This document shows positions 12,160 through 23,300 of a DNA stretch of 64,000 nucleotides, piece by piece. The first letter of the stretch is position 1; every line of letters starts with the position of its first letter. A model generated the notes under the pieces. It did not search any database. It was given only the letters and a program-made list of their open reading frames with translations, and was not told where the DNA came from. Origin of the DNA: Selaginella moellendorffii (lineage: Eukaryota > Plantae > Lycopodiophyta); the NCBI RefSeq assembly GCF_000143415.4, contig NW_003314294.1, forward strand, positions 1,354,416 to 1,418,415, read 5' to 3'. The translations under genes were made by a program, and so were the position numbers.

Positions 12160-12938
12160 CTGTTCAGAAATGCACAACAATTAGAGCTGACAGATGAAAA
12201 GCTAGCAGCTGGAAATAACGTGAGGCCGCCATTCACCACTGCATCAGATGTCTTGAGGCTGCATCCTAAGATGGCGTGAGGCTACACGCCATCTGTAACC
12301 GGACTGCACTCGAGAGCCCAATCGGTGCATGCCAATGTTGCTACTGAATGGCATGTGGCCTCATGCCATTTTCTACTTGGCCTAAAAGACTTACTATTTG
12401 AAGCCGAATGGAGGCGTGACAATCGAGGCCGGACTCGCTGGCGAATGTGCACTGTGTGTGCAGCGGATCGTAGCAGCAAGGCTACTCTACCACTTACAGT
12501 TGGAGAGTGGCGCTGAAATCTCCCGGGACGCCAAGTGGGCTGCGTGTGGGTGGCGGAGTGGGCGGCGGAGTTGGCAGCGATGTGTCTTGAAGTGGACGCC
12601 GATGCACACGAGCGCGATGCGAGCGCGAGTGTGCGAGCGCGAGTACGATGCAAAACCTAACCTCACACGCGCGAAATGTCACAACGGTTGGTAATCCCGC
12701 CATGTCATCATTCCTCGGACTTGGGCGCCACCATTAATTTCTGGATTGCCGCGCGCATGCATGCACGTGAAATCCAAAAGAAATCCGCAACATCATCATT
12801 CCTCGGACTGCATGCACGCGAAATCCAAAAGAAAGAGGGATATCATTTAATACCCTCGCTATATTTATACCATGCATGATTGGATATTCCAAAGCATCTT
12901 GTATTTCCAAAAATGCCAGATGTTCAGCAAAATAAAGA

Positions 12939-14852
12939 ATGGTATACAATGTCCTTCTTGATGACCCTTCAAAGAAGCATCTCGATCGGACACCACATGA
13001 GACCACACGAGCCTTACAATGTTTCAGGGGCATTTGCCATAGATCCAACCGTTATTTTGCTCTAAGATTCTACAGTTTGGTGTGCATTGACCTTTCCATC
13101 AACACTGCAAAGGGACATCACAATCAGATGCAGGATCACAAGAAACCAACTTCACTAACTCTGGTTTCACCAAGATCTACGTAAGGAATTATGAAATGAA
13201 AGGGCCCTCTCTATTGAAATGTGTTTATGGTCCTGACATATCAAAGGATTTTGCATCAAGTTCTGTATTTGCATGTTTATCAAGCTACTGAATTGCTAAA
13301 CCCTAAACCCTAAACATGTGGCAAATGCTGCATGAATAAAGATGCCCTTTCTGGGCAAATGCTGTAAGAGGCAGATGCCGAGCAGTTACATGGCGAATAA
13401 TCTTGGCGCGGATCGCTGACATGGCATGGCAAAGTTCAAATCACTGACATGGCACAACTGGATCGAGGCAAGGACATGATGTGACAAAGTTCAACGTCCG
13501 ACAGCAAAGTCTAGAAGCTACTCAGTTTGAAATTTGTCAGAGGAATTATAAGATCTAGTTTGTCAGAGGATTTGATGTGACGTTCAAGCGTGTGGGCTCA
13601 TGCAATTTTGATCCCAAAAAATGCACCAAAAAATGGTCGGCGTCATCTGGCGTTATCTCTTGAATGGCATGGGGCCGCATGCCATTTTCAAGGGCACATA
13701 GGAGTATATTCCTAGAATATTCTGATATGCGCGAGATTTTTTTGAGTTTTCTGGAGATTCAACCGTTAGATCGCAACTAGATTTTACAGAATGGTATACA
13801 ATGTCTTTCTTGATGACCCTGCAAAGAAGCATCTCGATCGGACACCACATGAGACCACACGAGCCTTACAATGTTTCAGGGGCATTTGCCATAGATCCGA
13901 CCGTTATTTTGCTCCAAGATTTTACAGTTTGGTGTGCATTGACCTTTCCATTGACACTGCAAAGGGACATCACAATCAGATGCGGGATCACAAGAAACTA
14001 ACTTCACTAACTCTGGTTTCACCAAGATCTACGTAAGGAGTTATGAAATGAAAGGACCCTCTCTATTGAAATGTGTTTATGGTCCTAGGGGCATTGTGAC
14101 ATATCAAAGGATTTTGCATCAAGTTCTGTATTTGCATGTTTATCAAGCTACTGAATTGCTAAACCCTAAACCCTAAACATGTGGCAAATGCTGCGTGAAG
14201 AAAGATGCCCTTTCTGGGCAAATGCTGTAAGAGGCAGATGCCGAGCAGATGTATCTCAGGCTAGCGAAGGGGACAAACGAAAGCTAGCTATAAACATGAC
14301 GGGATGCAAATAGATTACTAGGCTGGTCCTGCAAAAATCAAAAACCATAATTGAAAACATTGAAAATGCAAAAAGAAAGGCTTATAATATTTTTGAATTT
14401 TAAGCAACCAAAGGAATGTAAGTAGGGCATGTGTTTGTAAGTTTAAAAATGCCTCAACCACTTAAATTCCCAAGTAAATAAAGCTGTTTCTATTTTTGGT
14501 ATAGGTAAACTTTATAGGGTGTGGGCTCATGCAATTTTGAACCCAAAAATGCACCAAAAAATGCTCAACTAGCATTATTCTTTGAATGGCGTGTGGCCTT
14601 ATATTGCCATAAATGGACGTACACACACAGCATAATTATTCCTTTACACAGCGAATAATCTTGGCGCGGATCGCTGACATGGCATGGCAAAGTTCGAATC
14701 ACTGACATGGCACAGCTGGATCGAGGCAAGGACATGATGTGACAAAGTTCAACCTTCGACAGCAAAGTCTAGAAGCTACTCAGTTTCAAATTTGTCAGAG
14801 GAATCATAAGATCTGGTTTGTCAGAGGATTTGATGTGACGTTCAAGCGTGTG
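12939..14852 (+). repeat. Internal direct duplications in the intergenic region: A 12939-13385 ~ 13791-14248; B 13393-13593 ~ 14652-14852; C ~13590-13635 ~ 14519-14563
   Basis: Direct sequence match. The duplicated ORFs 12939-13184 and 13791-14036 appear in the ORF track. Confidence 0.9.
13296..13314 (+). promoter_or_regulatory. Tandem telo-box / interstitial plant telomere repeat CTAAACCCTAAACCCTAAA; duplicate at 14159-14177
   Basis: Exact (AAACCCT)n match in the region between the two divergent genes. Confidence 0.7.
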
Positions 14853-15189
14853 TTATTTTTGAATTCTCGAACTCATTCCTAGGTCTATCATTTTTGTGCG
14901 CCGTGTTCTTGGTTCCACTGAGCGCAGTGAGCGCTGCTTGTGTAAGTGGCGTTGTGAGCTGTGGTTTATGCGTCTACGAGCGATTGTGGCATTGCGAGCG
15001 CCATTGTGAGCGGCAGTTTATGCGAGTGGCAGTTTGTGCGAGCGGCGCTATGAGCAGTTGCGGTGTTGCGAGCGGCGCTACAAGTAGTTGCGGTGTTGCG
15101 AGCGGCACTGTCTTTGGTGTGGCTACCGCTTCCGCGCCATTCTCCAATCATTTTTTGTATGGTCTTAACTTCTTTTCTGCACTTTCCGA

Positions 15190-18088
15190 ATGGCCTCCGC
15201 AAGTGCGACGCATGTTCCCTCCGTGGATCTTAAGAACCGTGCTATATGGATTCAGGCAAAGGTGTTTCTAAACAACCCTGAGGGGGAGGTGGTAGCTGAG
15301 GGCTTAGCCACAATTGTCGATCCAAGAGATGCGGTTGCTAATCAAGAATTGGGCTGGGATGATATTGGAGTTGCGATTTTAGAGGTTGTTGACACAGAAG
15401 AAAACAGTCTGACTATTGGAAGCATTGTGCGGTGGAAATTGAGGCACTTAGTGTTTGAGAATGTGAAGGATTCACAATCAAACACCACTACAACTGATGA
15501 CAGAACATCTCTTCATGGGAAAAGAAAATACACCTTCCTAAAGCGCAGCCAAAGGGATCTAAACAACAAACCGAAAAGGCAGAAAATGGCGATGGAGGTT
15601 CAAATGGTCTTGACAGTTGCTTGTTGCAAGAGGAGGTGCTGTCAACATGCTGATTGGGATGCTATTGAAGAGGAGAGAGCAAGATACAAGACATTGTCCT
15701 GGAAGGCAGCTCGCAATTTTGTGTATGAGGCATTATGGTCATCTGTTGATGCTTCAGAACATCAGGTGGGGGGCATGGTCTTCTAGAGGGGTTTGGTCTG
15801 CATGAAGGCATGGAGAATCATTTATGGAGTCCCTCGAACCACATTCTACAGAATCAAAACTGAGTTCGAGGAACAAAGGGTTCAACAGGCAGTCCATGGG
15901 AACGACGGTACGCACAAAACCAGGGGTCATGTTGTATATGGAGAGGCAATCTTCAAGAGGTTTCTCGAGACATGTAGCGAGCAGCAACCACATAAAACCC
16001 GCCTCTTGGAAGATGGAACACGAGACACCCAACGAGTTCTCCCTTCCATGTATACCAAGGGGGCCATATTGGAAGATGTGAATGGAGAACTCCAGAGTAA
16101 TGGCTACAGGAAGCTGAGCCAATCTAGATTTAGTAGATTGTGGAGCAACAGGTTCAGGGATGTGAGTATAGGAAAGTACTCCAGCTTTTCAAAGTGTGAC
16201 GAGTGCACTGCTATCAAAATGGCTTTGTCGAAGAATTTTTGCAGCGCTCAAGAGCGAGAGACGTTGGTTAGAAGGCGGCTCGACCACAACATCGAGCAGA
16301 GAAGCTGCAGGACTGCATATTATCATAACAGGATTCTCTCCATGGAGAGACCTGACTCTTACCTCTGCATCATCCACGACAAAATGGACCAGAAAAAGAC
16401 GTGCTTACCTCGACTCAATCCTGCCCCCAAGGCAATCTCTTCATCCATGCAGCTGCTTGTGTCTCTGTTTGGCATAATCGCTCATGGGCATGGTGCCCAG
16501 AACTATGGGAACTTCTTTGTACCTCTATGGGGTGGCGGGGGTGCAAACATGATGATTGCGTCCCTAGCAAAACACTTAAGGTCTCTGCAAAGTGCGCAGA
16601 CTGAGCTGAACGGCCAACCCTTGCATAAGGCCCTTGTCGATCGAACCCCATACAGAGTTCAGCTGGAGGAGGAGCAAAGGCTTGCAGTATCGCGTGGGGC
16701 CCCATGCCATCCCAGTGAATATGTTGGCCGTCAGATTGTAGGGTTATCACGTGAGGCCTCATGCCATTCCGACGAGGCTGGTCGCCCGGTGAATGCACAG
16801 CCTCATCCAAACGAAGCAGAATCTCAAGGAAGTTCTTGCGGCCGATGTGGCCTTCCACCCCATCTTCTGCTCCAAACAGACAATGCTGGCAGTGAGAACA
16901 AAAACATGTACGTCTTCGCGTACTTGGCGATGCTTGTTGCCAAAGGCATATTTGAAACGGTTACACTTGGCTTTCTCATGGTTGGGCACACTCATGAAGA
17001 CGTCAATGCCATGTTCAGTCACCTGGCAGAGTCCCTCCGGCGATCCAATGTCCTCACCCTCCCACAACTCTACGATGAATTCCAAAATTGCATCAAAGGC
17101 ACTGTTGAAGCTGCACTTCTGACAGAGGTTCCAGACTTTAAGGGGTTTGTAAGAGGCTACATCAGGGACGGATCCGAAACGCTAATTGGCCACTCCAAGC
17201 CTCTTCAGATTCATTTCAGCATGTGTGACGGTGCTCCAGTGATGAGGTACAAGATGAGAGAATGGGACACAGTGTGGCTGCCAGTGGACGGCATTGAACT
17301 CTTCAAGAGAGATCCCATAACTGGGGAACCTATGATTCCTCAGGGTTCCCCACGGCCGATGCACCCGGATGGACTCAAAGACCAGGAAAGTATAGTGGCC
17401 GGGATTAGACAGCATATTGCCTTCTGGAAGAGGGGGTTGGTGTTTGGTGGAGAATCCTATTTTCAGAGGTGCAAGCCTTTGCTCGAATACTGGGAGAAGA
17501 TTATATCTGCTATCCAAAATGGGCCGGTTGTATATGAAGAATTGGAAGAGTCCTTTTGGCCAGAACCCAGAGCACCAGATAGTAGCGGAACAATGTCCTC
17601 TGGAAATGCAGTGACAGATAACGATGTTGAGGATCACTATTGTGGGCCGAGGAACAAGAAGCCGGATTCAGCATTCAATCCAGTACAGGTCTGCAAAGGA
17701 ATGGTCGTGCTTGTCAGACCCAGTAATAAAAAACAAATGATATGGGTGGGGCGCTGCATCACTGATGCAGAGGAGGACGCGGAAACTAACTCCTTCAATG
17801 TAACTGTGGAGTGGTTCAAGCCAAGTTCCGGATATACGAACGATTGCCTAGAAAAGAGATGGGTGCTGAATCCAAGGGATCCCAGCATGAGCATATCGGT
17901 GGATAATGTTGTGCATGGTTGGATGCGGAAGCAGAGTGCCACCATCACCTTGCCAGACCATGCAAGAGATGCAGCAAGAGCATTCATAACCCGGGTTCAA
18001 GGTGAGATTCATTAATATTCCTTTACTAAGTTTCTAATGTATTTTATTTCAAGGTGAACAATCCGAATCTGAATCAGAGGAGGCGTGA
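15190..18088 (+). pseudogene. Sola-like (DUF7869-type) DDD transposase with one in-frame stop and a probable catalytic D->N change
   Basis: ORFs 15190-15786 and 15793-18015 share a frame across TAG 15784-15786. Motifs: SKCDEC, IIHDKMDQ, LQTDNAGSENKN, FLMVGHTHEDVN. A likely terminal intron at 18002-18053 gives a last exon GEQSESESEEA*. Lies between TIRs. Confidence 0.8.
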
Positions 18089-19467
18089 TGGCATGTGGCC
18101 TTACGCCATTCCTAGGTGAGATGATACAAATAACAAGTATAAATTCTTAGTTGTTCTAGCAAATCTTACTTAAAGTTCAAGGTGAACAAGCCGAATATGA
18201 ATTCATCGGATTGTTATAACAAATTGCAAGGTGATGGCATGAGGCGATACACCATTTGAGAGTGATAGCCATTCCTATATGAGGTGAGTGAAGTATTTAT
18301 TAGAAATACCTCATTCAATTGTGCACTTCTAAGTCTTGGTCCACTTAGTACTGTTTGCATGTTTTTATTTTAATTCTTTCTCTAAAATGTTATTTAGCAT
18401 GTGGCTTCATGCCATTGCTCTCCACAATCATGCATTGAATTTCTATCCTTGCATAATACTTCTCCATATATATAGCATGTGCGCACATGTGATATGGTTC
18501 ATTAGGCCTGATATAGTGTGTGAGGTAAAACAAAGATGATGTGACATATGCATTTACCAATCACACGTGCATAAATCTAATAATATGGCGTGTGGCCCAT
18601 ATTAATGGCACATAAACCCATATTGTGGGCTTACGTGCTTTATGTACCATCATTCCCTTGCAGCGTGTGTGTTGGTTTCCTTTTATAACACAACGAACTC
18701 CATATTTTAGGGTGAAGAGCGTTCTCATGGCAAGCACAAAATCTGTAAGTGAGGCAGAAAAGGAGACGGAGAAGGAGATAGGTGAAGATGTAGAATATAT
18801 AAGTCTTCCAAACTCCCCGTACTATACTCCAGGTGATTATTTTTCTGAACAAACGGCAACATTAACAACTATCGAGAACGCCCCAGTAACGTCAGAGACA
18901 ACAATCCAAAGCAAAACAACTGACCCGGAGAAGGATGATAGTACCGCTGAGAGTACCAAAAAGGAGGTGTCCACTAGCGCTTAGGCTTATAATGGCGTGT
19001 GCCCTCATGCCATTTACTTGATCACCAAATACCGTTTTCCCTTTGCACTAGTATATCTTAATACCGGTCTGAGAAATAGAATGGCATGTGCCCTCAGGCC
19101 TTTTACTAAATCACCTTTGAAATAAATGCAAGCCTCTATGTCGTAAAAAAAAGGTACTAGAGAAATTCCTTAATAATATGAATGTTATTTAGTTTCATGA
19201 AAATACACTAAGGGTCAAATGAGTTAAATGACTTCTCCAGACTAGCAATGCTTCTTGCTACACCTTCACAATTAGATTCGTTAGAAAAAGATAACATTGA
19301 ATAATATCTAAATGTTCTCACCATTAAGTTATATGTCTGGCTAATAGGAATGATGTTCATCTTGGAAAGCTCACCACACGCTCAATGAACAAACAAATAG
19401 TGTGTGCGCGTATGCCATCGCTCTTCTTTAGCTTCAGATACTTGAAAATTTGTACCTAGTCCCATTT

Positions 19468-19501
19468 TACTGAATAAATCCCACTTTAACGAAATAGAGC
19501 T
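19468..19501 (-). repeat. Right terminal inverted repeat
   Basis: TACTGAATAAATCCCACTTTAACGAAATAGAGCT, reverse complement of the left end. Confidence 0.9.
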
Positions 19502-20308
19502 TTCCCATGTCTATTTTACTGTGCTAACCTTTCTTTTACAGCGATCGGTTCACAGTCCTTGTACTTTATCTTGGATTGTGACCATCCAAGAGTTCCAGCC
19601 AACTTTTCACATGCGGGGGAAGCGTGTGATGGATCCGAGTGAGTTCTTGGTTGCTGAAGCTAGTTTCTTTGTGGTCCTAGCAGCATTACAGGACATTGCA
19701 GTGTACCTGGATTCATATCAGTTCCTAGCAAATTCCTCACCAGAGCAACAAAAGGCATTGGAGATCCGAGCACAGGGGTTTTGCCTTCTCGACGGACACC
19801 TTTACAGGAGAACTTCTCAGGAAGTTTTGTTGCAGTGCGTGGGTGAACACGAGGTCCTTGAGCTCCTTTGTGCTTTCCACTCTTGTGTGGAGCATTTCTC
19901 GGGACAAGTCACAGCACAGCTCCTCTTGCGCTATGGCTACTTTTGGCCTCGGATTCACCAAGACAGCTTGGCCTATGCAAAGGCGTGTGAGCAGTGCCAA
20001 CAATTCAACCCCTGAAGCCATGTTCCATGTCTTCCTTTCCAGCTCGTCATTTCTCCAGGTCCCTTTTTCCAGTGGGGACTTGACTTCGTCAGCTCGGTCA
20101 ACCCACCGAGCTCGAAAGGACAGCGATACACCATTATGGCGATGGACTATTTCACAAAATGGGTTGAGGCCACCCCTCTGCAATAGGCAAATCAACGGTC
20201 TATAGCAAAGTTTGTCTACGAGTACATTATTTGTCGATTCAGAGTTCCTACCATTTTGATTTCCAATCATGGTAGCAGCTTCCTTGGACAGGTGATGTAG
20301 CTATTGCG
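19502..20308 (+). pseudogene. Ty3/gypsy non-chromovirus (Athila/Tat-like) integrase N-terminal fragment
   Basis: H...HFSG..TAQLLLRYGYFWPRIHQD...KACEQCQ zinc-binding region, then PFFQWGLDFV...MDYFTKWVEA. Truncated at ~20308. Confidence 0.85.
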
Positions 20309-23300
20309 ATGTGAGGACAACTCACTAAAAGAACTAAGGCAGCCTTTTTGTGCTTACTCTTGGTGAAGAGTGACAAAAAGACAAGAACAGAAGAAGTACC
20401 TTTAGTGATCCAGCAGGTGCTGGACCAATTCCAGGATACCATGCCGGAGGAGCTACCGGCGGGGTTGCCCCCCGCACGACCGATAGAACATAAGATTGAG
20501 CTGGTCGAGGGTGCTGAGGCGGTGGTTCGTCCACCCTATCGATTGAACGAAAAAGAACTCAAGGAGCTCAAGAGCCAACTAGAGGAGTTGGTGGACAAAG
20601 GGTATGTTAGGTTGAGCAAGTCGCCGTATGGGGCGCCGGTGCTATTTGTGAAAAAGAAAGATGGATCTATGCGCATGTGCATAGACTACCGGTTGCTCAA
20701 CAAGTATACCAAGAAGAACAAGTACCCTTTGCCAAGGATCGAGGACCTGTTCGATAGGTTGGGAAAGGCAAAATACTTCTCGAGGATTGACCTAAGGTCA
20801 GGATACTACCAGATCAGGGTAGCTGAGGAAGATGTCGAGAAGACAACCTGTTGAACGAGGTATGGGAGCTTTGAGTTTCTGGTGATGCCCTTTGGGCTGT
20901 GCAATGCGCCGGCAACGTTTTCGGCGTTGATGAACCACATCTTTGTACCCTATCTAGATCACTTCGTGGTCGTCTACATTGACGACATCCTGATCTATAG
21001 CAAAACGCTAGAGGAGCATGCCGAACACTTGGCGAAGGTGTTTGAGAAACTAAGGGAACATAAACTGTATGCTAAAGAGAGCAAATGTGACTTTGCTCAA
21101 CAAGAGGTAAAGTTTCTCGGGCATGTGGTGGGCCAGGACGGGCTCAAGGTGGACCTGGAGAAGGTCCAAGCGATCCAGGAATGGGAGCGACCATCGAATG
21201 TATATGAGTTGAGGGCGTTCTTGGGGCTATGCAACTACTATCGAAAGTTTATCAGACACTATTCGAGAGTAGCCCTGCCCTTAACGGATCAAACAGGAAA
21301 AGGGAAGATGGTATGGACAGCGGAATGCGAGGCGGCATTCGTCCACCTCAAAGGGAAGTTGAGTAAGGCTCCGGTGTTGGCATTACCAGACTTTGGTAAG
21401 GACTTTGAGGTAGACACGGATGCTTCGGACTTTGCGTTGGGCGCAGTTTTGAAGCAAGACAACCATCCAGTAGCGTTCTTCTCGAAGAAGCTGGACAAGG
21501 CTCAACGGAAGTGGCCTGCCCACGAGAAGGAATTTTTTGAGGTGGTCAAGGCGCTCAAGGAGTGGCGACACTACCTTGGGAAACACTTCAAGGTTTACAC
21601 GGACAATGTGGCAACGAAACACTTCTTGTCACAACCCGACCTGAGAGGGAAACAAGGTCGGTGGGCCAATGCCTTGGCCGAGTTTGATTGCGAGATTCTG
21701 TACAAGCCTGGGAAGAGCAACATCGTGGCAGATGCGCTAAGTCAAAAAGCGAGCTTGAGGTTGGCGATCTCCAGCACAACAGCAACCTTCTGGGACGATG
21801 TGCGGACAGCATATGAGAATGATGGTCTAGCACAAGAAGTGTTGTTGAGGAATCTGGAGGCGCGGGAAGCTCACCAGAGAGGTGAGCTGCCAACGGAAGA
21901 GAAAACGGGCTATGCGGAACGCAACGGACTCATTTATTACAAGCAAACGAGGGTGTATGTCCCCGAAGGGGGACTAAGGAAGGTAGCCTTAGAAGAGTGT
22001 CATGACGGACCTCTTGCGGGACACGGCGGAGTGCCCAAAACGATGGGCTTACTCAAGAGAAAGTACCATTGGCCAGATATGGCTAAGGACGTCCAAGACT
22101 ATATAAAGACATGTCCAACATGTCAGCAGGTCAAAGCCGTGACTAAGGCTAGTGGGGGCTTGTTGCAAAGCATCCCAATTCCAGATCGTCCGTGGAAATG
22201 TCTTACGATGGACTTCATCACGGGACTACCCCCAAGCGAGGGGTTCGGTGCGATATTCGTGGTGGTGGATTGATTTTCAAAGATGGCACATTTCATACCC
22301 ACCACAACGGAGGTGGATGCGGAAGGTGTGGCGAAGCTGTTCTTTGAACAAGTGGTTCGAGTGCGGGGAAGGCCAGAAGAGATTATCTCAGATCGAGATA
22401 AGATCTTCACTAGTAGGTTCTAGAGGACCCTCCTGGAACAGTATCGCACCAAGTTGAAATTCAGCACAGCCTATCACCCACAGACAGGTATGGGGTATTA
22501 AGTCAAGTTTGGTGGTCCTAACACTTCTTGACAGACGGACAAACGGAAAGGGTGAATAGGCAGCTGGAGGATTATTTGCGATGCTATGTCTCGGGAGACC
22601 AGACCGATTGGGTAAGTCATTTGGGACTTGCGGAAATGTGTTATAACAACTCACCACATTCGAGTATCGGGGTGAGTCCATGGGAAGTCATCAATGGGCG
22701 AGCTATTGAAGGTCCTGTGGAACTCGGCGTGGCCGAGTATCATGGAGAGCTACCCACAGTGGAGGCATTCACGGCGGAAAGACTCAACATTTGGAATCTA
22801 GTGAGGGATTCCTTGGAACGGGCTCAACAAAGGCAAACCAAGTACGCGAACCTAAAGCGCCGGGATGTAGAGTTCCAAGCTGGGGAGAAGGTGTGGCTGA
22901 ACACCAAGAACCTCAAGCTACCAAGTGGGATCAGCCGAAAGTTGACCCAAAGGTAAAAATGCATGTATTCCTGTAAATGAATTGATCTTGAGTTCCTTAA
23001 GCAGGTTCGCGGGGCCTTACGAGATTGAGGCACGAATCAGTAAAGTGGCTTACCAACTCCGACTTCCTCGAGAGATGGGGAAGATGCACCTAGTGTTCCA
23101 CGTGAACTTACTCAAGCCGTACTTTGAGGATCCGCCTTGCAAGGACCAAGTAAGACCTTTACCTGAGGTTATCCAAGGGGAAGAGGAATACGAAGTCGAG
23201 GCCATCCTCAATGCGCGCAAGAGCAAGCGACAAGGACGCGAGGTGAGAGAGTTCCATGTGAAGTGGAAAGGATTTCCACACTGCGAAGCAACATGGGAAC

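Larger units (their letters stand above)
6949..19102. repeat. Dispersed 22-bp palindrome ATGGCRTGWGGCCWCAYGCCAT, ~20 copies
   Basis: Copies start at 6949, 7982, 8057, 9107, 9298, 9439, 10938, 12271, 12348, 13664, 16689, 16746, 18088, 18234, 18394, 18992 and 19081. Degenerate or half copies near 6662, 12216, 13587, 14517, 14586, 18585 and 19398. Confidence 0.92.
6564..19501. mobile_element. ~12.9 kb TIR DNA transposon (Sola-like/DUF7869-type) with two divergent genes
   Basis: Left end AGCTCTATTTCGTTAAAGTGGGA is the exact reverse complement of right end TCCCACTTTAACGAAATAGAGCT. The left boundary is confirmed by the uninterrupted homologous site at ~32480-32495 (...GATTACTA|CTGCACC). Contains a transposase-like ORF. 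Confidence 0.88.

Noticed and set aside
13296-14177. Telomere or chromosome end
   Set aside because: Only ~2.5 repeat units, inside an internal duplication of the transposon.
15190-18088. Classifying the element as CACTA/EnSpm, hAT or KDZ
   Set aside because: The ends are not CACTA and no hAT features are present. The core motifs (DN...ENKN, GHTHED) fit Sola-like/DUF7869 proteins better, although the exact superfamily is unconfirmed.
6949-19102. Palindromic repeats as a CRISPR array
   Set aside because: Spacing is irregular (tens to thousands of bp), there are no cas genes, and the context is eukaryotic.
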